64,000 nucleotides of DNA from Vicinamibacteria bacterium. GTDB taxonomy: Bacteria; Acidobacteriota; Vicinamibacteria; Marinacidobacterales; Marinacidobacteraceae. Under the pieces are notes generated by a model. The model made no database searches, was not told the DNA's origin, and saw nothing but the letters and a program-made list of their open reading frames with translations. Location: assembly GCA_965199715.1 (NCBI GenBank), contig OZ241322.1, positions 576,001 through 640,000 on the forward strand, read 5' to 3'. Positions 18,825 through 29,900 of this stretch are shown piece by piece. Within the stretch, counting starts at the first letter, position 1. The number at the start of each line of letters is the position of its first letter. The translations under genes and the position numbers were made by a program.

Positions 18825-20233
18825 ATGACTCCGGAGGCGGCGCCGCGTCCCTTCGGGGGCGGCCTGTTCACCGGCGACTTCCTCGTTCGCGAGGCGGCCG
18901 CGGCCCCGGTTCCCGACGCGTTCGAGAGCGGACTGCGGGCCGTCTTTTCGGGTTTTCCGACCGACCGGGAGCCGAACGAGAGCCAGACCGAGGACGACCT
19001 GATCTGGCCGGTCCTGAAACTGCTCGGTTGGGACTCGAGCCTGCGGCAACAGAACCTCGCCCCGAAAGGCGACCGCCAGGTCCCCGACGGCCTCCTCTTC
19101 ACGGACGCGGCCGCCAAGGGGGACGCCAACGCGCTGGCGGAGTGGGAGCGCTGCGCGGTCGGGCTGGCTATCGTGGAGTCGAAGCGGTGGAAGGCGCCCC
19201 TCGACGGGACCGCGACCGCTCGCACCGCCGGGCGCCGCCGGTCGGCGATACATCAACTACAGCGAGCTCAGCGTCCAGCACCTCGGCTCCATCTACGAGC
19301 GGTTGCTGGAGCAAGAGCTGGTCCGGGACGGCGCACGGGTCGCCCTGCGCCTGAATCCTTACGCCCGGAGGGGGTCCGGCAGCTACTTCACGCCCCCCGA
19401 GCTCGTCCGGCTCGCGCTCCGGGAGACGGTCGGCCCGCTGGCGCAGCAGGGTCTCGACCGATTCGCGGACGCCGTCGCCGAGCTTGCGGAGCAGGGCCGG
19501 AGCGGAAGTGAGGCGATCGCCGCCCTGCGCGACGCGGATCCGGCGGAAGGCATGCTGCGTCTGCGAATCTGCGATCCGGCCATGGGATCCGGGCACTTCC
19601 TCGTCGGCCTCGTGGATTGGCTCGCGGACCGGGTGATCGCGGCGATGGCGGAAGCCGAGGCCGCCGTCCCCGGGTACGTGTCCTCGCTGGCCGAACGCAT
19701 CCGCGACGCGCGCTTCACGATCGTGACGAGCGCCAGGAGGCAAGGCTGGGACATCGACCCGGAGGGGCTGAACGACCGGCGCCTGGCGCGGCGCATCGTG
19801 CTCAAGCGCTGCGTGTACGGCGTGGACAGCAATCCGATGGCCGTGGAACTGAGCAAGGTGTCGCTCTGGCTCCACACCTTCACCGCCGGGGGGCCGCGCA
19901 GTTTCCTGGACCAACACGTCAAGTGCGGCGATCTCCCACGACCTCGAGGGATTCGCCCGTGACCTCGGGCACGTGGACGCGGCCGGCGCGGTCCATCCGC
20001 CGTTCGCGTGGGACGACGACTGGCGGCTCCATCTCCGGGCGAAGCTCGACGCGGCGTTCTTCCACCTCTACGGCGTGACCGATCCAGACGACATGAACTA
20101 CGTCTGGTCCACCTTCCCGATCGTGGAGAAGAACGAGGTCGAGGCTTACGGACACTATCTGTCGCGCGACCTCTGCCTCGAGTACATGAACGCGCTGGCC
20201 GCGGGACGGCCGGATGCGGTTCCGCATGGCTGA
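18825..20233 (+). pseudogene. internally deleted type IIG (Eco57I-like) restriction-modification enzyme
   Basis: Three segments in three frames: nuclease (VPDGLLF...IVESKRW); MTase (RYINYSELSVQHLGSIYERLLE, GSYFTPPELV, CDPAMGSGHFL, YGVD..PMAVEL) ending at KCGD before any NPPY; C-terminal LRAKLDAAFFHLYG...STFPIVE. Confidence 0.8.
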
Positions 20234-21212
20234 GCGCCGCCGCATCGTCACCGTCGGCAACGCGCTCGTGGACGCGATCGCGCGGATCCCCGACGAGCGG
20301 CTCGCCGCGGTCGGCTATCCCAAGGGGCACATGAGCCTCGTCAGCGGCGAGGAGCAGGCGACCGCGCTGGCGCGGCTCGAGGGAACCCGCGTCGGGCTCG
20401 CGCCCGGCGGATCCGCGGCCAACACCGCCGTGGGAGCGGCCCGGCTCGGCGCCGAGGCGGCGTTCTTCGGCCGGGTGGCCGACGACGCGACCGGCCGGCT
20501 GTTCCGCGACGAGCTCGTGCGGGCCGGGGTCCGACCGGGGTCGCGGCTGGTCGTGGCCGGGGCCGAGCGGACCGGCGTGAGTCTGGTCATGACGACTCCC
20601 GACGGGCAACGCACGATGCTGACCAACCTCGGCGCAGCCCCCGACATCGGCCCGGGCGCCTTCGACGCCGAGCTGGTGCGGGACGCCCGCTTCCTCTACT
20701 TCGAGGGATACCTGCTGACCAACCCCGTGGCCCGCCAGACGGTTGTCGAGACATCCCGCCGGGCGGCCGCGGACGGGGTGACCGTGGCGCTTTCCGCATC
20801 CGACGGATTCGTGATGGACGTGGCCGGAGATGTCGTGCGGGAGCTGCTGGACGGACCGGTGAGCCTCCTGTTCGCGAATCTGGACGAGGCCCGGCACCTG
20901 ACCGGCCTCGTCGATCCCGCCCGGGTCGCCGCGAGCCTCGCCGAGTGGGACGGCCTCACCGCGCTCACGCTCGGCGGCGACGGCTCGATCCTGATCCGGG
21001 GCGCGGAGCGCATCCGGATTCCGCCGGTCCGCGTCCCGGTCGTCGATACGAGCGGGGCCGGGGATCTCTACGCCGCCGGACTGCTCGCGGGCCTCGCCCG
21101 GGGGTCGTCGCTCGAGGAGGCGGGGCGGCTCGCGTCACGCGCCGCGGCGCAGGTCGTGACCGTGCACGGGCCGAGGCTGCCGGAGGGCTTCAGAGTCGGA
21201 ACAAACGGGTGA
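20226..21212 (+). CDS. PfkB family carbohydrate/adenosine kinase
   Basis: GNALVD, PGGSAANT, FANLDEA, DTSGAGDLYAAG. Confidence 0.92.
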   Translation: MAERRRIVTVGNALVDAIARIPDERLAAVGYPKGHMSLVSGEEQATALARLEGTRVGLAPGGSAANTAVGAARLGAEAAFFGRVADDATGRLFRDELVRAGVRPGSRLVVAGAERTGVSLVMTTPDGQRTMLTNLGAAPDIGPGAFDAELVRDARFLYFEGYLLTNPVARQTVVETSRRAAADGVTVALSASDGFVMDVAGDVVRELLDGPVSLLFANLDEARHLTGLVDPARVAASLAEWDGLTALTLGGDGSILIRGAERIRIPPVRVPVVDTSGAGDLYAAGLLAGLARGSSLEEAGRLASRAAAQVVTVHGPRLPEGFRVGTNG

Positions 21213-23439
21213 ACTTCACGACCAGCGCGCGGTCGGTGAGCCCGCTGAGCCCGTCGTCGCCGTCCCGGTTGCTGCTGAACACGACGAAGAGGTCGCTGCC
21301 CGGCGAGTACTCCCAGCGGAAGCGCACGTTCGCCGAGAAGAGCTCCGCCGCCGAGTTGTACTGGACCAGCGCGCCCACGAAGCTGCGCGGCGACACGGTG
21401 AACGTGCCCCGCAGCCGCGAGACCAGCGCGTCCACGTCTCCCTGGGGAGTCCGAATCCAATTGAAGCTCAGGTTCGGCTCGAGCGAGAAGCGCTCGTTGA
21501 CGTCGGTGCGCCCCCAATAGCTGGCCTCCCTCCGGGTTCCGCCGAAGAAGTCGCCCCACTCGTAGCGGGCGTATCCCGAGACCGGGCGGTGGCTTCCCAT
21601 CCACACGCGAAGACTGGTGCGGTGGAACCGGTAGTCCCCGGCGAGGACCGCCACGTCCTCGGAGAGGTCGAAGCCCTCGAGCAGCCGCTCCTCGGTCAGG
21701 CTGTGCGTGAACACGAGGCGATCGCTCGTCTCGAGCACGGCCCGGGCCTCGAGGTTGTACTCGCGGGTCTCGAGTTCGCCGTCGAGGCGGTCGTAGTTGT
21801 TCGCCTCCACCTTGAACTCGAACTGGCGGATCCGGTCGATCCCCCGAGGCCGCGGCGCCAACTGGAACGAACCCCCCGTCTTCGTGAAGTCCCGGCGCCG
21901 CGCGAACCCCATCTCCGGGTTGAAGTCCTCCCCCAGGTACATCCGCTCCGCCGTCACGTCGATCAGGTCCGTGTCGTAACGGAACTGACCCATGTAGCTC
22001 GCCGCCCGGTGCGACAGCTCGCGCTCCGTGTCCCGCGTCGCCATGTAGAACGCGTTCACGTTCACGTGCTCCGTCGGGTTGAACACCCCGTCCATCCCCA
22101 CCAGCGAGTTCGTCCCCGTCTCCGCCGCGTTCACGTTCCGGTGCGTCGCGATCAGCCCCACGCTCGAGCGCGCGAACACGTCCCGCTTCACCCGCACCGC
22201 GCTGTAGTTCGTCGCCGAGGCGTCCACCCCCGAAGCCTCCCCCGTCTGGATGTTCATCAGCCCCAACTGGTACGCGCCCACCCGACCGTGCACCCGCGCG
22301 CCCCCCGCGATCGGCACCGAGCGCCCGCCCGACAGCCCGATCGTCCGGCTGAAGAACGGGATCGGCGCGTCCGAAGGCCCCTGCCCCCCGAACGCCCGCG
22401 TCTGACGCCCCCCGAAGTCGAACACCCCCTGCCCCTCGAGGAAGAACTCCCGCTTCTCCGGGAAGAACAGGCTGAACCGCGACAGGTTCACCTGCGTCTC
22501 GTCGTCCTCCACCTGCGCGAAGTCCGTGTTCCACGTCAGGTCCGCCGTCAGCCCGTCCGTGATCCCGAACTTGAAGTCCGCCCCGAAGTCCCCCGACCAC
22601 TCGTTGTCCACCTCGTTCAGCGGCGCGTGGCTCTGCGACCCGATCGCGTACGGCTTGAACTCCATCCGGCGCGAACTCGGCGGGGCCTCCAGCCCCACCA
22701 GCGTCGCCGCGTTCGACAGCCGGATCAGCCCGTCGCGGTCGTAGGCTTGCGGCGTGGGGGTGAAGAACACCCGCTCGTTGCGGTGCTTGATGTTGCGCTG
22801 GAAATTGATCCCCCACGTCTGGGGGCCTCCGGCGGCGTAGCGCAGCGAACGGAACGGAATCCGGATCTCCAGCGTCCAGCCCCGCTCCGTGTCCCGGGTC
22901 TCGGACCACCAGACGGTGTTCCAGTCGCTGTTCGTGTTGCGCTCGTCGGTGACCTGCGCGTCGTACAGCGCCCCGAGCGGATTCGTGTGGAAGAGGAACC
23001 CGTTGCGTCCGTCGTGGAAGGTGTCGAGCACGAACTGGAAGCTGTCGTTCCAGCCGATCCGCATGTTGTCCCGGCGCATCTCGTTCGCGATCCGCCGCCC
23101 CCCGCCGGCCTCGTCCAGCTCGGCCGCGACGTAGAGGTTGTCCGCGTCGTAGAACACCCACACGCGGGTCTCCTCCGAAGCCGGCGCGCCCTCGTTCGGC
23201 TCCTGCTGAAGGAATCCCCCGGCGGCCGGGACCTCGTCGTACACCGGGTCGTCCAGCGCCCCGTCCACGTTCAGGGGCGCGGCGAGCCGGAACGCGCGCA
23301 GCGTGACGCTCCCGTCGGCTTCCCGGCTCACGGCCGCTTCCGGAAGCGCCCGGCCCGACGCGGCGGAAACGTCGCCGTCCTGGGCGCCGGCGTCGGTCAG
23401 GCCGGCGACCAGCGCGGCGGCCAGAAAGGCGCGGGACAT
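21190..23439 (-). CDS. DUF5916 / CBM9-like domain putative outer-membrane protein (copy A)
   Basis: Signal peptide, DGALDD CBM9-like N-domain, NTDFAQVEDD..VNLSRFSLFFPEKREFFLEG, C-terminal KFTRLF. Confidence 0.85.
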   Translation of the reverse strand: MSRAFLAAALVAGLTDAGAQDGDVSAASGRALPEAAVSREADGSVTLRAFRLAAPLNVDGALDDPVYDEVPAAGGFLQQEPNEGAPASEETRVWVFYDADNLYVAAELDEAGGGRRIANEMRRDNMRIGWNDSFQFVLDTFHDGRNGFLFHTNPLGALYDAQVTDERNTNSDWNTVWWSETRDTERGWTLEIRIPFRSLRYAAGGPQTWGINFQRNIKHRNERVFFTPTPQAYDRDGLIRLSNAATLVGLEAPPSSRRMEFKPYAIGSQSHAPLNEVDNEWSGDFGADFKFGITDGLTADLTWNTDFAQVEDDETQVNLSRFSLFFPEKREFFLEGQGVFDFGGRQTRAFGGQGPSDAPIPFFSRTIGLSGGRSVPIAGGARVHGRVGAYQLGLMNIQTGEASGVDASATNYSAVRVKRDVFARSSVGLIATHRNVNAAETGTNSLVGMDGVFNPTEHVNVNAFYMATRDTERELSHRAASYMGQFRYDTDLIDVTAERMYLGEDFNPEMGFARRRDFTKTGGSFQLAPRPRGIDRIRQFEFKVEANNYDRLDGELETREYNLEARAVLETSDRLVFTHSLTEERLLEGFDLSEDVAVLAGDYRFHRTSLRVWMGSHRPVSGYARYEWGDFFGGTRREASYWGRTDVNERFSLEPNLSFNWIRTPQGDVDALVSRLRGTFTVSPRSFVGALVQYNSAAELFSANVRFRWEYSPGSDLFVVFSSNRDGDDGLSGLTDRALVVKFTRLFRL

Positions 23440-25012
23440 GGGCGTCCGCAGTCTAGCCCCGCAGCCCGCGTCAGAACCGGAACAGCCGGGTGAACTTGAC
23501 GACGAGCGTGCGGTCGGTCAGGCCGCTGAGCGCGTCGTCCCCGTCCCGGCTGCTGCTGAACACGACGAAGAGGTCGCTGCCGGGCGAGTACTCCCAGCGG
23601 AAGCGCACGTTCGCCGAGAAGAGCTCCGCCGCCGAGTTGTACTGGACCAGCGCGCCCACGAAGCTGCGCGGCGACACGGTGAACGTGGTGCGAAGGTAGG
23701 TCACCGTCGCCCTCACGTCGCCCGCCGGCACGGTGATCCAGTTGAGGCTGACGTTGGGCTCGAGGATGAGGCGGTTCCCGGCCGCGGCGCGCCCCATGTA
23801 GCTGACCTCGCGCCGGGTTCCGCCGAAGAAGTCGCCCCACTCGTAGCGCAGGAACCCCGACACCCGCCGGTGCGATCCCATCCGGAAGCGGACCCCGGTG
23901 CGGGCGAACCGGTAGTTCCCGGCGAGGACCGCCACGTCCTCGGAGAGGTCGAAGCCCTCTTGCAGCCGCTCCTCGGTGATCGTGTGGTCGAGGAAGATGC
24001 GGTCGCTGCTCTCGAAGATCGCGCGGGCGTCGAACTTGTACTCGCGGGTCTCGAGTTCGCCGTCGAGGCGGTCGTAGTTGTTCGCCTCCACCTTGAACTC
24101 GAACTGGCGGATCCGGTCGATCCCCCGAGGCCGCGGCGCCAACTGGAACGAACCCCCCGTCTTCGTGAAGTCCCGGCGCCGCGCGAACCCCATCTCCGGG
24201 TTGAAGTCCTCCCCCAGGTACATCCGCTCCGCCGTCACGTCGATCAGGTCCGTGTCGTAACGGAACTGACCCATGTAGCTCGCCGCCCGGTGCGACAGCT
24301 CGCGCTCCGTGTCCCGCGTCGCCATGTAGAACGCGTTCACGTTCACGTGCTCCGTCGGGTTGAACACCCCGTCCATCCCCACCAGCGAGTTCGTCCCCGT
24401 CTCCGCCGCGTTCACGTTCCGGTGCGTCGCGATCAGCCCCACGCTCGAGCGCGCGAACACGTCCCGCTTCACCCGCACCGCGCTGTAGTTCGTCGCCGAG
24501 GCGTCCACCCCCGAAGCCTCCCCCGTCTGGATGTTCATCAGCCCCAACTGGTACGCGCCCACCCGACCGTGCACCCGCGCGCCCCCCGCGATCGGCACCG
24601 AGCGCCCGCCCGACAGCCCGATCGTCCGGCTGAAGAACGGGATCGGCGCGTCCGAAGGCCCCTGCCCCCCGAACGCCCGCGTCTGACGCCCCCCGAAGTC
24701 GAACACCCCCTGCCCCTCGAGGAAGAACTCCCGCTTCTCCGGGAAGAACAGGCTGAACCGCGACAGGTTCACCTGCGTCTCGTCGTCCTCCACCTGCGCG
24801 AAGTCCGTGTTCCACGTCAGGTCCGCCGTCAGCCCGTCCGTGATCCCGAACTTGAAGTCCGCCCCGAAGTCCCCCGACCACTCGTTGTCCACCTCGTTCA
24901 GCGGCGCGTGGCTCTGCGACCCGATCGCGTAAGGCTTGAACTCCATCCGGCGCGAACTCGGCGGGGCCTCCAGCCCCACCAGCGTCGCCGCGTTCGACAG
25001 CCGGATCAGCCC
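21755..25012. repeat. ~977-bp near-identical direct repeat (21755-22731 and 24036-25012) inside the two DUF5916 genes
   Basis: Constant offset 2281; translations are identical over the block; one synonymous difference seen by eye (22651 C vs 24932 A). Confidence 0.93.
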
Positions 25013-25792
25013 ATTGCGCCCGTAGGCCTGCGGAGTGGGGGTCAGGAAGGACTGCTCGTTGCGGTGCTTCAGCCGGCGGCGGAAATTGATCCCCCAGGTC
25101 TGGGCTCCTCCCGCCGGATAGCGGAGCGAACGGAACGGGATCCGCATCTCGACGGTCCAGCGGTCCTCGAGGCTGGACGCCTTCACCCGCCAGACGGTGT
25201 TCCAGTCGCTGTTCGTGTTGCGCTCGTCGGTGACCTGCGCGTCGTACAGCGCCCCGAGCGCGTTCGTGTGGAAGAGGAACCCGTTGCGTCCGTCGTGGAA
25301 CGTGTCGAGGATGACCGAGAAGCTGTCTCCCCAGTCGATGTTCCGCTGGTCGCGGCGCATCTCGTTGGCCATCCGGCGCTCGGGATAGTGGTCTTCGAGC
25401 TCCGCCGCCACGTACAGGCTGTCCGCGTCGTAGAAGACCCAGACCCGCGTCGCCTCCGAGGACGGCTCGCCCTCGTTCGGCTCCATCTGGGTGAATCCCT
25501 CGGCCGACGGCGCCTCGTCGTACACGGGATCGTCGAGCACGCCATCGACGGCGAGCGGTTCGGCGAGCCGGAACGCGCGCAGCGTGACGCTTCCGTCGGC
25601 CTCCCGGCTCACGGCCGCTTCCGGAAGCGGTCGGCTCGCGACCGAGGATGCGTCGCCGTCCTGCTGGTCGAGGGCGAGCCGACCGCCCTGCCCCGAGGCC
25701 GCCGGCGCGACGAGCGCGACGCCCAATGCGACCGCAGCGCCGCCTATTCGATGCCTGACCAATGAACCGCCCCGTATACCAAGCGCAAGCAT
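23471..25792 (-). CDS. DUF5916 / CBM9-like domain putative outer-membrane protein (copy B)
   Basis: Same motifs as copy A; start uncertain (TTG at 25762 is possible). Confidence 0.85.
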   Translation of the reverse strand: MLALGIRGGSLVRHRIGGAAVALGVALVAPAASGQGGRLALDQQDGDASSVASRPLPEAAVSREADGSVTLRAFRLAEPLAVDGVLDDPVYDEAPSAEGFTQMEPNEGEPSSEATRVWVFYDADSLYVAAELEDHYPERRMANEMRRDQRNIDWGDSFSVILDTFHDGRNGFLFHTNALGALYDAQVTDERNTNSDWNTVWRVKASSLEDRWTVEMRIPFRSLRYPAGGAQTWGINFRRRLKHRNEQSFLTPTPQAYGRNGLIRLSNAATLVGLEAPPSSRRMEFKPYAIGSQSHAPLNEVDNEWSGDFGADFKFGITDGLTADLTWNTDFAQVEDDETQVNLSRFSLFFPEKREFFLEGQGVFDFGGRQTRAFGGQGPSDAPIPFFSRTIGLSGGRSVPIAGGARVHGRVGAYQLGLMNIQTGEASGVDASATNYSAVRVKRDVFARSSVGLIATHRNVNAAETGTNSLVGMDGVFNPTEHVNVNAFYMATRDTERELSHRAASYMGQFRYDTDLIDVTAERMYLGEDFNPEMGFARRRDFTKTGGSFQLAPRPRGIDRIRQFEFKVEANNYDRLDGELETREYKFDARAIFESSDRIFLDHTITEERLQEGFDLSEDVAVLAGNYRFARTGVRFRMGSHRRVSGFLRYEWGDFFGGTRREVSYMGRAAAGNRLILEPNVSLNWITVPAGDVRATVTYLRTTFTVSPRSFVGALVQYNSAAELFSANVRFRWEYSPGSDLFVVFSSSRDGDDALSGLTDRTLVVKFTRLFRF

Positions 25793-25845
25793 ACGCGAAA
25801 CGCCGGGCCGGAACCTCCGCGCCGCCGTTTCCGTTAGGGGTGGAC

Positions 25846-26928
25846 ATGAAGCGCACTCTGGTCATCCTGATCGCGGGCGCGGCCGTCGTCGGCAGCGCCG
25901 CGGTCGCCGCCAGCCTCCTCTCCGACTCCGAACCCACGGTCGCCGAGGCGGCCGCGGAGGAACCCGCCCCCACTCCGGTGAGCGTGGCCGCCGCCGGGGT
26001 CGGTCCGGTCGCCGTGCGCCTCGCGACCACTTCCGCGATCGAGGCGGAGCGCACCGCGCAGGTGCTTTCCGAGACCTCCGGCGTGGTCACCGGGATCCTC
26101 GTCGGCGAAGGCCAGCGGGTCGCCGAGGGGGCCGTCCTCGCCCACGTGGACGCGCGGGACCGCCGCCTCTCCTTCGAGCAGGCCGAGCTGCGGCTCTCGC
26201 GGGCGGAAGCCGAGCTCTCGCGCCAGCGGCGCGCTTTCGAGCAGGATCTGGTCGCCGAGTACGAATACGAGAAGGCCCGCTTCGACCGCGATCTCGCCGC
26301 CTCCGAACGGGAGACCGCCCGGCTGGAGCTCGAGCGGACCGAGATCCGGGCGCCCTTCGCCGGGACGATCACCGAGCTTGCGGTCGTGGCCGGAGCGCGG
26401 CTCGAGCCGGCGCAGCACCTGCTCACGCTCGCCGACTTCGACACCCTGATCGCGCGCCTCTACATCCCCGAGCGCGACGTCGCAGGCCTCGTGCCCGGCC
26501 AGCGCGCCCGGATCCACCCCGAATCCGATCCTCGGGGCGCGGGGCGCGACGGCGCGGTGCGCGAGATCGGCCCGGTCGTGGACCGCTCCACCGGGACCGT
26601 CAAGGTGACCGTGGCCATTCCGCACGGCGGCGGGGGCGCGGTGCGGCCCGGCTCGTTCGCCCGGGTGGTCATCGAGACCGGCGTGCGCGAGAACGCGGTG
26701 CTGACCCCGAAGCGGGCGGTGATGCGCGGCAACGGCCAGAGCCACGTGTTCGTGGTCGAGAACGGCCGCGCGGTCCGGCGCGACGTCACGCTCGGCGCGG
26801 AGATCGAGGGCCCCTCGGGCGCGCTGCTGGAAGTCGCCGGGGGACTCGCCGAGGGCGAGCAGGTCGTCGTCGCCGGACAGGGATCGCTCGCGCCCGGCGC
26901 GGCGGTCGAAGTCCTGAACGGCCTCTGA
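25846..26928 (+). CDS. RND efflux periplasmic adaptor (MFP)
   Basis: N-terminal TM, V.EGQRV..G.VLA lipoyl half-motif, IRAPFAG, VDRSTGT. Confidence 0.92.
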   Translation: MKRTLVILIAGAAVVGSAAVAASLLSDSEPTVAEAAAEEPAPTPVSVAAAGVGPVAVRLATTSAIEAERTAQVLSETSGVVTGILVGEGQRVAEGAVLAHVDARDRRLSFEQAELRLSRAEAELSRQRRAFEQDLVAEYEYEKARFDRDLAASERETARLELERTEIRAPFAGTITELAVVAGARLEPAQHLLTLADFDTLIARLYIPERDVAGLVPGQRARIHPESDPRGAGRDGAVREIGPVVDRSTGTVKVTVAIPHGGGGAVRPGSFARVVIETGVRENAVLTPKRAVMRGNGQSHVFVVENGRAVRRDVTLGAEIEGPSGALLEVAGGLAEGEQVVVAGQGSLAPGAAVEVLNGL

Positions 26929-26953
26929 TCGCGCTCCGCCCGCAGGAGCCGCC

Positions 26954-29900
26954 ATGAAGTCCCTGATCGCCGCCTGCATCCGGCGGCCGGTGAGCGTGAC
27001 CATGTTCACGGTCGCCGCCTGCGTGTTCGGGCTTGTCGCCCTCGGGCGGCTGCCGGTCACCCTGCTTCCGGAGATCTCGTACCCGACGCTCACCGTGGAG
27101 ACCCGGATGCCGGGCGCCGCTCCGATCGAGGTGGAGACGCTCGTGACCCGGCCGATCGAGGAGGCCGCCTCGGTCGTTCCGGGCCTCAGCCGGATCACCT
27201 CGCGCTCCCGCGCCGGAGCCTCGGAGGTGACCCTCGAGTTCGTCTGGGAGACCGAGATGAACTTCGCCGCGCTGGACGTGCGGGAGAAGATCGACGGGGT
27301 CCAGCTTCCCGAGGACGCCGAGCGGCCGCGCCTCTTGCGGTTCGATCCGTCTTCCGACGCGATCTTCCGCCTCGGCGTCTCGGGCGAGACGCCGCTCGCC
27401 CAGCTCCGCGAGTGGACCGAAGAGGACCTGAAGAAGGACCTGGACGCCGTGGCCGGGGTCGCCGCGATCTGGATCGAGGGCGGGCTCACCCGCGAGATCC
27501 AAGTGGACGTGGACGACGGCCGACTCGCCGCCTACGGCGTCACCGTGGCCGAGATCTCGGACGCGATCGGGGCGGCGAACGTGAACCTGGCCGGCGGCAG
27601 CGTCCATGAGGACGAGGCCCGCTACCTCGTGCGCACGCTGAACGAGCTGGACACGCTCGACCGCATCCGCGCGGTGATCGTCAAGGACGCGGCGGACCGG
27701 CGCGTGCGCCTCGAGGACGTCGCGGAGGTTCGATCGGGCTTCCGGGATCAGGAGGTCATCCTCCGGGAGAACGGCGCGGAGGGCGTCGAGGTCCGCATCT
27801 TCCGCGAGGGCGACGCGAACGCCGTCCAGGTCGCCGAGGGGATCCGGGCGCGGCTCGCCGAGATCGGGGACGCGGTTCCCGCCGGCGTGACCCTCACGAC
27901 GCTGTTCGACCAGTCCGAATTCATCGAGGGCGCGATTTCGGAAGTGATCCGCAACGCGCTCGAGGGCGGATTGCTCGCGATCCTCGTGATCGCGCTCTTC
28001 CTGCGCGACCGGGGGGCGACCTCGGTCGTGGCGCTCGCGATTCCGGTTTCGGTCGTGGCCACCTTCTTCGTGATGCAGCAGATGGGACTGTCGCTGAACA
28101 TCATGTCGCTCGGCGGGCTGGCGCTCGGGGTCGGCATGCTGCTCGATGACTCGATCGTGGTGCTCGAGGCGATCCACCGCCGCCGGACCGGAGGCGAGAC
28201 CGCGCCGGTCGCCGCGGCTAGCGGGACCGTGGAGGTCGCCGGCCCGGTCATCGCATCCACGCTCACCACGGTCGCCGTGTTCCTGCCGATCGTGTTCGTC
28301 GAGGGCGTGGCCGGGCAGCTCTTCCGCGACCAGGCGCTCACCGTCTCGATCTCGATCCTCGCCTCGCTCGCGTTCTCGCTGGCGCTCATCCCGGTGCTGG
28401 CGTCGCGCGGCGGCGAACCGGCTTCCGGCGGCGGCGTCCCCGGCCTCGGAGCGCGGACGCTCCGGTCCGGGCGCGCCGGCCTCGGCGCGGCGGGCCGAGC
28501 CTTGATGTGGCCGTTTCGACCGGCGCTCAAGGGATTCACGGCGGCCGAGAACGCGCTCGCCCGCGCCTATCCGGTCGCGCTGCGGGCCTCGCTGCGTCAT
28601 CCGGTCGCGGTGTTCCTGTTCGCGGGCGGTCTCCTTGCTGGCTCGCTCGCCGCCGGTCGGGACGCCATCGGCGTGGAGCTCATCCCCGCGCTCTCGCAGG
28701 GCGAGTTCCATTTCGACCTGCACCTGCCCGAGGGCTCCGCCGTGGACGCGACCGACGCAGTCGCCGAGGAGGCGGCCGCCGCACTACGAGCCGATCCCTC
28801 GGTGCTGCGGGTGACGACCGAGGCCGGGGTCGGCGGATCCGTCGGATTCGCGGGGAGCGCCGGCCGCGCCGAGCACCGGGGCCGCGTGGGAGTCGTCATG
28901 GCCGACCGCGGCGACGAGGACGCCGAGGCCGCGGCCATCGAGGCGCTGCGCGCCGAGCTGGCCAGCCGGCCGGGGCTGCGGTACGAGTTCGGCCGCCCGT
29001 CCTACTTCAGCTTCCGGCAGCCGGTCGAGGTGGAGGTCTATTCGGAGGACCGCGAGCTGCTGGCTCCGAGCGCGCGGCGCATCCGCGACGCCGTGGCGAC
29101 GGTCCCCGGGCTCGCCGACGTGCGCTCCACGACCGACGCGGGCAACCCGGAGATCCGGGTCCGTTTCGAGGCCGACCGGCTGGCGCGGCTCGGCCTTTCG
29201 GTGGACCAAGCCTCGGAGGCCCTGCGCTCCCGGCTGCGCGGGCAAGTGGCCACGCGGCTCGACGAGGGCGACCGGTGGGTGGACGTCGTCGTCCGGGGCG
29301 ACGACTCGGTGCGGACCCGCACCGCCGCCGTCTCCGAGATGATCGTCCACGCGGCGGATTCCCGGACGGTGCCGCTGCGCGCGCTCGGCGCGGCCGAAGT
29401 GAGCGAGGGGCCGGCGGAGCTGCGGCGGGTGGCGCAGCGTCCGGCCGTCGTGATCTCCGGCAGCCTCGACGGCGCCGACCTCGCCGGCGCCACCGCGGCG
29501 ATTTCGGATCGGGTCGCCGGGCTCGGGCTGCCGGCGGGGGTGGAGACCCGGTTCGGCGGCCAGCGCGAGGAGATGGAGCGGTCGTTCCGGAGCCTCGCCC
29601 TAGCCATCGGGCTGGCGATCTTCCTCGTGTACTTCGTGATGGCGAGCCAGTTCGAGTCGCTGCTCCATCCCTTCCTGATCCTCTTCACGATCCCGCTGGG
29701 CGCCATCGGAGTGATCTGGGCGCTCATCCTCTCCGGCTCCACGCTGAGCGTCATCGTGCTCATCGGAGTCGTGATGCTCGCGGGGATCGTGGTGAAGAAC
29801 GCGATCGTGCTGGTGGACTGCGTGAACCGCCTCCGCCGGGCCGGCATGGAACGGACCGAGGCCATCGTCTCCGCCAGCCGGATCCGCCTGCGGCCGATCC

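Noticed and set aside
13911-20233. Integrative element inserted at tRNA-Leu or tRNA-Asp
   Set aside because: No integrase and no duplicated tRNA 3' end were found in the window, and the genes after tRNA-Leu have host-like composition.
21755-25012. Diversity-generating retroelement template/variable repeat pair
   Set aside because: The repeat is about 1 kb, both copies are in coding genes, differences are not adenine-specific, and no reverse transcriptase is present.
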